Shown piece after piece: positions 51,538-64,000 of a DNA stretch of 64,000 nt. The DNA is from Auanema rhodensis (lineage: Eukaryota > Animalia > Nematoda), in the NCBI GenBank assembly GCA_964057225.1, contig OZ059898.1, positions 2,914,001 to 2,978,000 on the forward strand, read 5' to 3'. The first letter of the stretch is position 1. Every line of letters begins with the position of its first letter. The position numbers and the translations under genes were made by a program. The notes under the pieces are model-generated. The model was not told the DNA's origin, made no database searches, and was given only the letters and a program-made list of their open reading frames with translations.

Positions 51538-53994
51538 TCGATCTGTGTGATCAGATTTGCGCTAGCTTAAAAATGCACCGAGATATCAACTGATATAAGT
51601 TCACACTTATATCCTCGATTTTCACCCTGAAGAATTAATTTTTTCGTTGAATAACATTGTCCATCGTCTTTGCCTTGAAAAATGGAATCTAAAAACATCT
51701 ACTTTTTGCTAAATTATTTTGAAATTTTTCGAAAAAATTTTTGTCAAAATGTTTTTGGAAGCAATGTTGAGTGTACATGGAAACTCAACATACACTAATG
51801 CATCATTTTTCAAACGATCATAACTAATTTTTGTATTAAGCGTTTTTCAATGTAGTATAGTGCATTCGATGCGGATTTTTAAGCTGCGTCGATCTGTGTT
51901 ATCAGATTTGCGCTAGCTTAAAAATGCACCGAGATATCAACTGATACAAGTTCACACTTATATCCTCGATTTTCACCCTGAAGAATTAATTTTTTCGTTG
52001 AATAACATTGTCCATCGTCTTTGCCTTGAAAAAAGGATTCTAAAAACATCTACTTTTTGCTAAATTATTTTGAAATTTTTCGAAAAAATTTTTGTCAAAA
52101 TGTTTTTGGAAGCAATGTTGAGTGTACATGGAAACTCAACATACACTAATGCATCATTTTTCAAACGATCTTAACTAATTTTTGTATCAAGCGTTTCTTA
52201 ATGTAGTATAGTGCATTCGATCCGGATTTTCAAGCTGCGTCGATCTGTGTTATCAGATTTGCGCTAGCTTAAAAATGCACCGAGATATCAACTGATATAA
52301 GTTCACACTTATATCCTCGATTTTCACCCTGAAGAAATAATTTTTTCGTTGAATAACATTGTCCATCGTCTTTGCCTTGAAAAAAGGAATCTAAAAACAT
52401 CTACTTTTTGCTAAATTATTTTGAAATTTTTCGAAAAAATTTTTGTCAAAATGTTTTTGGAAGCAATGTTGAGTGTACATGGAAACTCAACATACACTAA
52501 TGCATCATTTTTCAAACGATCATAACTAATTTTTGTATTAAGCGTTTCTCAATGTAGTATAGTGCATTCGATGTGGATTTTTAAGCTGCGTCGATCTGTG
52601 TTATCAGATTTGCGCTAGCTTAAAAATGCACCGAGATATCAACTGATATAAGTTCACACTTATATCCTCGATTTTCACCCTGAAGAATTAATTTTTTCGT
52701 TGAATAACATTGTCTATCGTCTTTGCCTTGAGAAATGGAATCTAAAAACATCTACTTTTTGCTAAATCATTCTGAAATTTTTCGAAAAAATTTTTGTCAA
52801 AATGTTTTTGGAAGCAATGTTGAGTGTACATGGAAACTCAACATACACTAATGCATCATTTTTCAAACGATCATAACTAATTTTTGTATCAAGCGTTTTT
52901 CAATGAAGTATAGTGCATTCGATGCGGATTTTTAAGCTGCGTCGATCTGTGTTATCAGATTTGCGCTAGCTTAAAAATGCACCGAGATATCAACTGATAT
53001 AAGTTCACACTTATATCCTCGATTTTCACCCTGAAGAAATAATTTTTTCGTTGAATAACATTGTCCATCGTCTTTGCCTTGAAAAAAGGAATCTAAAAAC
53101 ATCTACTTTTTGCTAAATTATTTTGAAATTTTTCGAAAAAATTTTTGTCAAAATGTTTTTGGAAGCAATGTTGAGTGTACATGGAAACTCAACATACACT
53201 AATGCATCATTTTTCAAACGATCATAACTAATTTTTGTATTAAGCGTTTCTCAATGTAGTATAGTGCATTCGATGTGGATTTTTAAGCTGCGTCGATCTG
53301 TGTTATCAGATTTGCGCTAGCTTAAAAATGCACCGAGATATCAACTGATATAAGTTCACACTTATATCCTCGATTTTCACCCTGAAGAATTAATTTTTTC
53401 GTTGAATAACATTGTCTATCGTCTTTGCCTTGAGAAATGGAATCTAAAAACATCTACTTTTTGCTAAATTATTTTGAAATTTTTCGAAAAAATTTTTGTC
53501 AAAATGTTTTTGGAAGCAATGTTGAGTGTACATGGAAACTCAACATACACTAATGCATCATTTTTCAAACGATCATAACTAATTTTTGTATCAAGCGTTT
53601 TTCAATGTAGTATAGTGCATTCGATGCGGATGTTTAAGCTGCGTCGATCTGTGTTATCAGATTTGCGCTAGCTTAAAAATGCACCGAGATATCAACTGAT
53701 ATAAGTTCACACTTATATCCTCGATTTTCACCCTGAAGAATTAATTTTTTCGTTGAATAACATTGTCCATCGTCTTTGCCTTGAAAAATGGAATCTAAAA
53801 ACATCTACTTTTTGCTAAATTATTTTGAAATTTTTCGAAAAAATTTTTGTCAAAATGTTTTTGGAAGCAATGTTGAGTGTACATGGAAACTCAACATACA
53901 CTAATGCATCATTTTTCAAACGATCATAACTAATTTTTGTATTAAGCGTTTCTCAATGTAGTATAGTGCATTCGATGTGGATTTTTAAGCTGCG

Positions 53995-56900
53995 TCGATC
54001 TGTGGTATCAGATTTGCGCTAGCTTAAAAATGCACCGAGATATCAACTGATATAAGTTCACACTTATATCCTCGATTTTCACCCTGAAGAATTAATTTTT
54101 TCGTTGAATAACATTGTCTATCGTCTTTGCCTTGAGAAATGGAATCTAAAAACATCTACTTTTTGCTAAATTATTTTGAAATTTTTCGAAAAAATTTTTG
54201 TCAAAATGTTTTTGGAAGCAATGTTGAGTGTACATGGAAACTCAACATACACTAATGCATCATTTTTCAAACGATCATAACTAATTTTTGTATCAAGCGT
54301 TTTTCAATGTAGTATAGTGCATTCGATGCGGATGTTTAAGCTGCGTCGATCTGTGTTATCAGATTTGCGCTAGCTTAAAAATGCACCGAGATATCAACTG
54401 ATATAAGTTCACACTTATATCCTCGATTTTCACCCTGAAGAATTAATTTTTTCGTTGAATAACATTGTCCATCGTCTTTGCCTTGAAAAATGGAATCTAA
54501 AAACATCTACTTTTTGCTAAATTATTTTGAAATTTTTCGAAAAAATTTTTGTCAAAATGTTTTTGGAAGCAATGTTGAGTGTACATGGAAACTCAACATA
54601 CACTAATGCATCATTTTTCAAACGATCATAACTAATTTTTGTATTAAGCTTTTCTCAATGTAGTATAGTGCATTCGATGCGGATTTTTAAGCTGCGTCGA
54701 TCTGTGTTATCAGATTTGCGCTAGCTTAAAAATGCACCGAGATATCAACTGATATAAGTTCACACTTATATCCTCGATTTTCACCCTGAAGAATTAACTT
54801 TTTCGTTGAATAACATTGTCCATCGTCTTTGCCTTGAAAAAAGGAATCTAAAAACATCTACTTTTTGCTAAATTATTTTGAAATTTTTCGAAAAAATTTT
54901 TGTCAAAATGTTTTTGGAAGCAATGTTGAGTGTACATGGAAACTCAACATACACTAATGCATCATTTTTCAAACGATCATAACTAATTTTTGTATCAAGC
55001 GTTTCTCAATGTAGTATAGTGCATTCGATGCGGATTTTTAAGCTGCGTCGATCTGTGTGATCAGATTTGCGCTAGCTTAAAAATGCACCGAGATATCAAC
55101 TGATATAAGTTCACACTTATATCCTCGATTTTCACCCTGAAGAATTAATTTTTTCGTTGAATAACATTGTCCATCGTCTTTGCCTTGAAAAATGGAATCT
55201 AAAAACATCTACTTTTTGCTAAATTATTTTGAAATTTTTCGAAAAAATTTTTGTCAAAATGTTTTTGGAAGCAATGTTGAGTGTACATGGAAACTCAACA
55301 TACACTAATGCATCATTTTTCAAACGATCATAACTAATTTTTGTATTAAGCTTTTCTCAATGTAGTATAGTGCATTCGATGCGGATTTTTAAGCTGCGTC
55401 GATCTGTGTTATCAGATTTGCGCTAGCTTAAAAATGCACCGAGATATCAACTGATATAAGTTCACACTTATATCCTCGATTTTCACCCTGAAGAATTAAC
55501 TTTTTCGTTGAATAACATTGTCCATCGTCTTTGCCTTAAAAAATGGAATCTAAAAACATCTACTTTTTGGTAAATTATTTTGAAATTTTTCGAAAAATTT
55601 TTTGTCAAAATGTTTTTGGAAGCAATGTTGAGTGTACATGGAAACTCAACATACACGAATGCATCATTTTTCAAACGATCATAACTAATTTTTGTATTAA
55701 GCGTTTTTCAATGTAGTATAGTGCATTCGATGCGGATTTTTAAGCTGCGTCGATCTGTGTTATCAAATTTGCGCTAGCTTAAAAATGCACCGAGATATCA
55801 ACTGATATAAGTTCACACTTATATCCTCGATTTTCACCCTGAAGAAATAATTTTTTCGTTGAATAACATTGTCCATCGTCTTTGCCTTAAAAAATGGAAT
55901 CTAAAAACATCTACTTTTTGGTAAATTATTTTGAAATTTTTCGAAAAAATTTTTGTCAAAATGTTTTTGGAAGCAATGTTGAGTGTACATGGAAACTCAA
56001 CATACACTAATGCATCATTTTTCAAACGATCATAACTAATTTTTGTATTAAGCGTTTCTCAATGTAGTATAGTGCATTCGATGTGGATTTTTAAGCTGCG
56101 TCGATCTGTGTTATCAGATTTGCGCTAGCTTAAAAATGCACCGAGATATCAACTGATATAAGTTCACACTTATATCCTCGATTTTCACCCTGAAGAATTA
56201 ATTTTTTCGTTGAATAACATTGTCTATCGTCTTTGCCTTGAGAAATGGAATCTAAAAACATCTACTTTTTGCTAAATTATTTTGAAATTTTTCGAAAAAA
56301 TTTTTGTCAAAATGTTTTTGGAAGCAATGTTGAGTGTACATGGAAACTCAACATACACTAATGCATCATTTTTCAAACGATCATAACTAATTTTTGTATC
56401 AAGCGTTTCTCAATGTAGTATAGTGCATTCGATGCGGATTTTTAAGCTGCGTCGATCTGTGTGATCAGATTTGCGCTAGCTTAAAAATGCACCGAGATAT
56501 CAACTGATATAAGTTCACACTTATATCCTCGATTTTCACCCTGAAGAATTAATTTTTTCGTTGAATAACATTGTCCATCGTCTTTGCCTTGAAAAATGGA
56601 ATCTAAAAACATCTACTTTTTGCTAAATTATTTTGAAATTTTTCGAAAAAATTTTTGTCAAAATGTTTTTGGAAGCAATGTTGAGTGTACATGGAAACTC
56701 AACATACACTAATGCATCATTTTTCAAACGATCATAACTAATTTTTGTATTAAGCTTTTCTCAATGTAGTATAGTGCATTCGATGCGGATTTTTAAGCTG
56801 CGTCGATCTGTGTTATCAGATTTGCGCTAGCTTAAAAATGCACCGAGATATCAACTGATATAAGTTCACACTTATATCCTCGATTTCCACCCTGAAGAAT

Positions 56901-58206
56901 TAACTTTTTCGTTGAATAACATTGTCCATCGTCTTTGCCTTGAAAAAAGGAATCTAAAAACATCTACTTTTTGCTAAATTATTTTGAAATTTTTCGAAAA
57001 AATTTTTGTCAAAATGTTTTTGGAAGCAATGTTGAGTGTACATGGAAACTCAACATACACTAATGCATCATTTTTCAAACGATCATAACTAATTTTTGTA
57101 TCAAGCGTTTCTCAATGTAGTATAGTGCATTCGATGCGGATTTTTAAGCTGCGTCGATCTGTGTGATCAGATTTGCGCTAGCTTAAAAATGCACCGAGAT
57201 ATCAACTGATATAAGTTCACACTTATATCCTCGATTTTCACCCTGAAGAATTAATTTTTTCGTTGAATAACATTGTCCATCGTCTTTGCCTTGAAAAATG
57301 GAATCTAAAAACATCTACTTTTTGCTAAATTATTTTGAAATTTTTCGAAAAAATTTTTGTCAAAATGTTTTTGGAAGCAATGTTGAGTGTACATGGAAAC
57401 TCAACATACACTAATGCATCATTTTTCAAACGATCATAACTAATTTTTGTATTAAGCTTTTCTCAATGTAGTATAGTGCATTCGATGCGGATTTTTAAGC
57501 TGCGTCGATCTGTGTTATCAGATTTGCGCTAGCTTAAAAATGCACCGAGATATCAACTGATATAAGTTCACACTTATATCCTCGATTTTCACCCTGAAGA
57601 ATTAACTTTTTCGTTGAATAACATTGTCCATCGTCTTTGCCTTAAAAAATGGAATCTAAAAACATCTACTTTTTGGTAAATTATTTTGAAATTTTTCGAA
57701 AAAATTTTTGTCAAAATGTTTTTGGAAGCAATGTTGAGTGTACATGGAAACTCAACATACACGAATGCATCATTTTTCAAACGATCATAACTAATTTTTG
57801 TATTAAGCGTTTTTCAATGTAGTATAGTGCATTCGATGCGGATTTTTAAGCTGCGTCGATCTGTGTTATCAAATTTGCGCTAGCTTAAAAATGCACCGAG
57901 ATATCAACTGATATAAGTTCACACTTATATCCTCGATTTTCACCCTGAAGAAATAATTTTTTCGTTGAATAACATTGTCCATCGTCTTTGCCTTAAAAAA
58001 TGGAATCTAAAAACATCTACTTTTTGGTAAATTATTTTGAAATTTTTCGAAAAAATTTTTGTCAAAATGTTTTTGGAAGCAATGTTGAGTGTACATGGAA
58101 ACTCAACATACACGAATGCATCATTTTTCAAACGATCATAACTAATTTTTGTATCAAGTTTTTCTCAATGTAGTATAGTGCATTCGATGCGGATTTTTAA
58201 GCTGCG
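53995..58206. repeat. Tandem 6-mer duplication (2106-bp period)
   Basis: ORF pairs 55483/57589 and 55834/57940 are offset by 2106. TCAAATTT, CACGAAT, GTGTGA and GAGAAATGG recur at the same offset. Confidence 0.85.
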
Positions 58207-61200
58207 TCGATCTGTGTTATCAGATTTGCGCTAGCTTAAAAATGCACCGAGATATCAACTGATATAAGTTCACACTTATATCCTCGATTTTCACCCTGAA
58301 GAATTAATTTTCTCGTTGAATAACATTGTCCATCGTCTTTGCCTTGAAAAAAGGAATCTAAAAACATCTACTTTTTGCTAAATTATTTTGAAATTTTTCG
58401 AAAAAATTTTTGTCAAAATGTTTTTGGAAGCAATGTTGAGTGTACATGGAAACTCAACATACACTAATGCATCATTTTTCAAACGATCATAACTAATTTT
58501 TGTATTAAGCTTTTCTCAATGTAGTATAGTGCATTCGATGCGGATTTTTAAGCTGCGTCGATCTGTGTTATCAGATTTGCGCTAGCTTAAAAATGCACCG
58601 AGATATCAACTGATATAAGTTCACACTTATATCCTCGATTTTCACCCTGAAGAATTAACTTTTTCGTTGAATAACATTGTCTATCGTCTTTGCCTTGAAA
58701 AATGGAATCTAAAAACATCTACTTTTTGCTAAATTATTTTGAAATTTTTCGAAAAAATTTTTGTCAAAATGTTTTTGGAAGCAATGTTGAGTGTACATGG
58801 AAACTAAACATACACTAATGCATCATTTTTCAAACGATCATAACTAATTTTTGTATTAAGCTTTTCTCAATGTAGTATAGTGCATTCGATGCGGATTTTT
58901 AAGCTGCGTCGATCTGTGTTATCAGATTTGCGCTAGCTTAAAAATGCACCGAGATATCAACTGATATAAGTTCACACTTATATCCTCGATTTTCACCCTG
59001 AAGAATTAACTTTTTCGTTGAATAACATTGTCTATCGTCTTTGCCTTGAAAAATGGAATCTAAAAACATCTACTTTTTGGTAAATTATTTTGAAATTTTT
59101 CGAAAAAATTTTTGTCAAAATGTTTTTGGAAGCAATGTTGAGTGTACATGGAAACTCAACATACACTAATGCATCATTTTTCTAACGATCATAACTAATT
59201 TTTGTATTAAGCTTTTCTCAATGTAGTATAGTGCATTCGATGCGGATTTTTAAGCTGCGTCGATCTGTGTTATCAGATTTGCGCTAGCTTAAAAATGCAC
59301 CGAGATATCAACTGATATAAGTTCACACTTATATCCTCGATTTTCACCCTGAAGAATTAATTTTCTCGTTGAATAACATTGTCCATCGTCTTTGCCTTGA
59401 AAAAAGGAATCTAAAAACATCTACTTTTTGCTAAATTATTTTGAAATTTTTCGAAAAAATTTTTGTCAAAATGTTTTTGGAAGCAATGTTGAGTGTACAT
59501 GGAAACTCAACATACACTAATGCATCATTTTTTAAACGATCATAACTAATTTTTTATTAAGCGTTTTTCAATGTAGTATAGTGCATTCGATGCGGATTTT
59601 TAAGCTGCGTCGATCTGTGTTATCAGATTTGCGCTAGCTTAAAAATGCACCGAGATATCAACTGATATAAGTTCACACTTATATCCTCGATTTTCACCCT
59701 GAAGAATTAACTTTTTCGTTGAATAACATTGTCTATCGTCTTTGCCTTGAAAAATGGAATCTAAAAACATCTACTTTTTGCTAAATTATTCTGAAATTTT
59801 TCGAAAAAATTTTTGTCAAAATGTTTTTGGAAGCAATGTTGAGTGTACATGGAAACTCAACATACACTAATGCATCATTTTTCAAACGATCATAACTAAT
59901 TTTTGTATTAAGCTTTTCTCAATGTAGTATAGTGCATTCGATGCGGATTTTTAAGCTGCGTCGATCTGTGTTATCAGATTTGCGCTAGCTTAAAAATGCA
60001 CCGAGATATCAACTGATATAAGTTCACACTTATATCCTCGATTTTCACCCTGAAGAATTAACTTTTTCGTTGAATAACATTGTCTATCGTCTTTGCCTTG
60101 AAAAATGGAATCTAAAAACATCTACTTTTTGGTAAATTATTTTGAAATTTTTCGAAAAAATTTTTGTCAAAATGTTTTTGGAAGCAATGTTGAGTGTACA
60201 TGGAAACTCAACATACACTAATGCATCATTTTTCTAACGATCATAACTAATTTTTGTATTAAGCTTTTCTCAATGTAGTATAGTGCACTCGATGCGGATT
60301 TTTAAGCTGCGTCGATCTGTGTTATCAGATTTGCGCTAGCTTAAAAATGCACCGAGATATCAACTGATATAAGTTCACACTTATATCCTCGATTTTCACC
60401 CTGAAGAATTAATTTTCTCGTTGAATAACATTGTCCATCGTCTTTGCCTTGAAAAAAGGAATCTAAAAACATCTACTTTTTGCTAAATTATTTTGAAATT
60501 TTTCGAAAAAATTTTTGTCAAAATGTTTTTGGAAGCAATGTTGAGTGTACATGGAAACTCAACATACACTAATGCATCATTTTTCAAACGATCATAACTA
60601 ATTTTTGTATTAAGTTTTTCTCAATGTAGTATAGTGCATTCGATGCGGATTTTTAAGCTGCGTCGATCTGTGTTATCAGATTTGCGCTAGCTTAAAAATG
60701 CACCGAGATATCAACTGATATAAGTTCACACTTATATCCTCGATTTTCACCCTGAAGAATTAATTTTCTCGTTGAATAACATTGTCCATCGTCTTTGCCT
60801 TGAAAAAAGGAATCTAAAAACATCTACTTTTTGCTAAATTATTTTGAAATTTTTCGAAAAAATTTTTGTCAAAATGTTTTTGGAAGCAATGTTGAGTGTA
60901 CATGGAAACTCAACATACACTAATGCATCATTTTTCAAACGATCATAACTAATTTTTGTATTGAGCTTTTCTCAATGTAGTATAGTGCATTCGATGCGGA
61001 TTTTTAAGCTGCGTCGATCTGTGTTATCAGATTTGCGCTAGCTTAAAAATGCACCGAGATATCAACTGATATAAGTTCACACTTATATCCTCGATTTTCA
61101 CCCTGAAGAATTAACTTTTTCGTTGAATAACATTGTCTATCGTCTTTGCCTTGAAAAATGGAATCTAAAAACATCTACTTTTTGCTAAATTATTTTGAAA

Positions 61201-64000
61201 TTTTTCGAAAAAATTTTTGTCAAAATGTTTTTGGAAGCAATGTTGAGTGTACATGGAAACTCAACATACACTAATGCATCATTTTTCAAACAATCATAAC
61301 TAATTTTTGTATTAAGCTTTTCTCAATGTAGTATAGTGCATTCGATGCGGATTTTTAAGCTGCGTCGATCTGTGTTATCAGATTTGCGCTAACTTAAAAA
61401 TGCACCGAGATATCAACTGATATAAGTTCACACTTATATCCTCGATTTTCACCCTGAAGAATTAACTTTTTCGTTGAATAACATTGTCTATCGTCTTTGC
61501 CTTGAAAAATGGAATCTAAAAACATCTACTTTTTGGTAAATTATTTTGAAATTTTTCGAAAAAATTTTTGTCAAAATGTTTTTGGAAGCAATGTTGAGTG
61601 TACATGGAAACTCAACATACACTAATGCATCATTTTTCTAACGATCATAACTAATTTTTGTATTAAGCTTTTCTCAATGTAGTATAGTGCATTCGATGCG
61701 GATTTTTAAGCTGCGTCGATCTGTGTTATCAGATTTGCGCTAGCTTAAAAATGCACCGAGATATCAACTGATATAAGTTCACACTTATATCCTCGATTTT
61801 CACCCTGAAGAATTAATTTTCTCGTTGAATAACATTGTCCATCGTCTCTGCCTTGAAAAAAGGAATCTAAAAACATCTACTTTTTGCTAAATTATTTTGA
61901 AATTTTTCGAAAAAATTTTTGTCAAAATGTTTTTGGAAGCAATGTTGAGTGTACATGGAAACTCAACATACACTAATGCATCATTTTTCTAACGATCATA
62001 ACTAATTTTTGTATTAAGCTTTTCTCAATGTAGTATAGTGCATTCGATGCGGATTTTTAAGCTGCGTCGATCTGTGTTATCAGATTTGCGCTAGCTTAAA
62101 AATGCACCGAGATATCAACTGATATAAGTTCACACTTATATCCTCGATTTTCACCCTGAAGAATTAATTTTCTCGTTGAATAACATTGTCCATCGTCTCT
62201 GCCTTGAAAAAAGGAATCTAAAAACATCTACTTTTTGCTAAATTATTTTGAAATTTTTCGAAAAAATTTTTGTCAAAATGTTTTTGGAAGCAATGTTGAG
62301 TGTACATGGAAACTCAACTTACACTAATGCATCATTTTTCAAACAATCATAACTAATTTTTGTATTAAGCTTTTCTCAATGTAGTATAGTGCATTCGATG
62401 CGGATTTTTAAGCTGCGTCGATCTGTGTTATCAGATTTGCGCTAGCTTAAAAATGCACCGAGATATCAACTGATATAAGTTCACACTTATATCCTCGATT
62501 TTCACCCTGAAGAATTAACTTTTTCGTTGAATAACATTGTCTATCGTCTTTGCCTTGAAAAATGGAATCTAAAAACATCTACTTTTTGGTAAATTATTTT
62601 GAAATTTTTCGAAAAAATTTTTGTCAAAATGTTTTTGGAAGCAATGTTGAGTGTACATGGAAACTCAACATACACTAATGCATCATTTTTCTAACGATCA
62701 TAACTAATTTTTGTATTAAGCTTTTCTCAATGTAGTATAGTGCATTCGATGCGGACTTTTAAGCTGCGTCGATCTGTGTTATCAGATTTGCGCTAGCTTA
62801 AAAATGCACCGAGATATCAACTGATATAAGTTCACACTTATATCCTCGATTTTCACCCTGAAGAATTAATTTTCTCGTTGAATAACATTGTCCATCGTCT
62901 TTGCCTTGAAAAAAGGAATCTAAAAACATCTACTTTTTGCTAAATTATTTTGAAATTTTTCGAAAAAATTTTTGTCAAAATGTTTTTGGAAGCAATGTTG
63001 AGTGTACATGGAAACTCAACATACACTAATGCATCATTTTTCAAACGATCATAACTAATTTTTGTATCAAGTTTTTCTCAATGTAGTATAGTGCATTCGA
63101 TGCGGATTTTTAAGCTGCGTCGATCTGTGTTATCAGATTTGCGCTAGCTTAAAAATGCACCGAGATATCAACTGATATAAGTTCACACTTATATCTTCGA
63201 TTTTCACCCTGAAGAATTAATTTTCTCGTTGAATAACATTGTCCATCGTCTTTGCCTTGAAAAAAGGAATCTAAAAACATCTACTTTTTGCTAAATTATT
63301 CTGAAATTTTTCGAAAAAATTTTTGTCAAAATGTTTTTGGAAGCAATGTTGAGTGTACATGGAAACTCAACATACACTAATGCATCATTTTTCAAACGAT
63401 CATAACTAATTTTTGTATTAAGCTTTTCTCAATGTAGTATAGTGCATTCGATGCGGATTTTTAAGCTGCGTCGATCTGTGTTATCAGATTTGCGCTAGCT
63501 TAAAAATGCACCGAGATATCAACTGATATAAGTTCACACTTATATCCTCGATTTTCACCCTGAAGAATTAACTTTTTCGTTGAATAACATTGTCTATCGT
63601 CTTTGCCTTGAAAAATGGAATCTAAAAACATCTACTTTTTGCTAAATTATTTTGAAATTTTTCGAAAAAATTTTTGTCAAAATGTTTTTGGAAGCAATGT
63701 TGAGTGTACATGGAAACTCAACATACACTAATGCATCATTTTTCAAACGATCATAACTAATTTTTGTATTAAGCTTTTCTCAATGTAGTATAGTGCATTC
63801 GATGCGGATTTTTAAGCTGCGTCGATCTGTGTTATCAGATTTGCGCTAGCTTAAAAATGCACCGAGATATCAACTGATATAAGTTCACACTTATATCCTC
63901 GATTTTCACCCTGAAGAATTAACTTTTTCGTTGAATAACATTGTCTATCGTCTTTGCCTTGAAAAATGGAATCTAAAAACATCTACTTTTTGCTAAATTA
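58207..64000. repeat. Irregular 3-mer-based HOR domain (P-Q-R)
   Basis: P=TTTTCTCGTT; Q=TTAACTTT+CTATC+AAATGG; R=Q plus GGTAAA and TTTTCTAAC. Order from 58207: P Q R P Q R P P Q R P P R P P Q Q. Confidence 0.85.

Larger units (their letters stand above)
1..64000. repeat. Satellite DNA array, 351-bp monomer, head-to-tail, 182 full copies plus a partial copy; runs off both window ends
   Basis: TCGATC(T/C)GT recurs at 1, 352, 703, 1054 ... 63471, 63822. The length budget closes exactly: 182x351 - 44 single-base deletions - one 17-bp deletion = 63821. No non-repeat sequence or orientation switch seen. Confidence 0.99.

Noticed and set aside
10613-58131. Ten 63-aa minus-strand ORFs as protein-coding genes
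   Set aside because: They are the same satellite segment, open in only 10 of 182 monomers through single substitutions. They have a non-ATG (TTG) start, a K/F/N/I-rich composition dictated by A/T tracts, and no recognisable domain.
1-64000. CRISPR array or other repeat-spacer system
   Set aside because: There are no unique spacers: the sequence between the palindromes is as conserved as the palindromes themselves. No cas or other genes are present.
1-64000. Wholesale assembly or sequencing artefact (concatemer)
   Set aside because: Variants form linked haplotypes, nested duplications and regional subfamilies, which random error would not produce. Individual duplications still need read validation.

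Overview
The entire 64-kb window is one uninterrupted head-to-tail tandem array of an AT-rich 351-bp satellite monomer (about 31% GC by hand count). It holds 182 complete monomers plus a 179-bp partial copy, all in the same orientation and typically differing by a few substitutions. I found no unique sequence, gene, RNA gene, CRISPR array or transposon insertion. The architecture is typical of eukaryotic centromeric/pericentromeric satellite DNA, and the lack of CpG depletion suggests an invertebrate such as an insect (inference). I cannot name the family. The information lies in two layers. (1) The monomer has several dyad symmetries: two perfect 9-bp stems, a 51-bp imperfect hairpin and a degenerate ~120-bp palindrome. 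(2) The variant pattern shows local higher-order repeats of 2, 3, 4, 5, 6, 11 and 14 monomers, a 350-bp subfamily confined to the middle of the window, haplotype blocks shared 23-45 kb apart, chimeric monomers, and one 17-bp deletion inside the largest hairpin. The ten 63-aa ORFs are best explained as chance loss of one stop codon. All coordinates and counts were read by eye and should be confirmed computationally.
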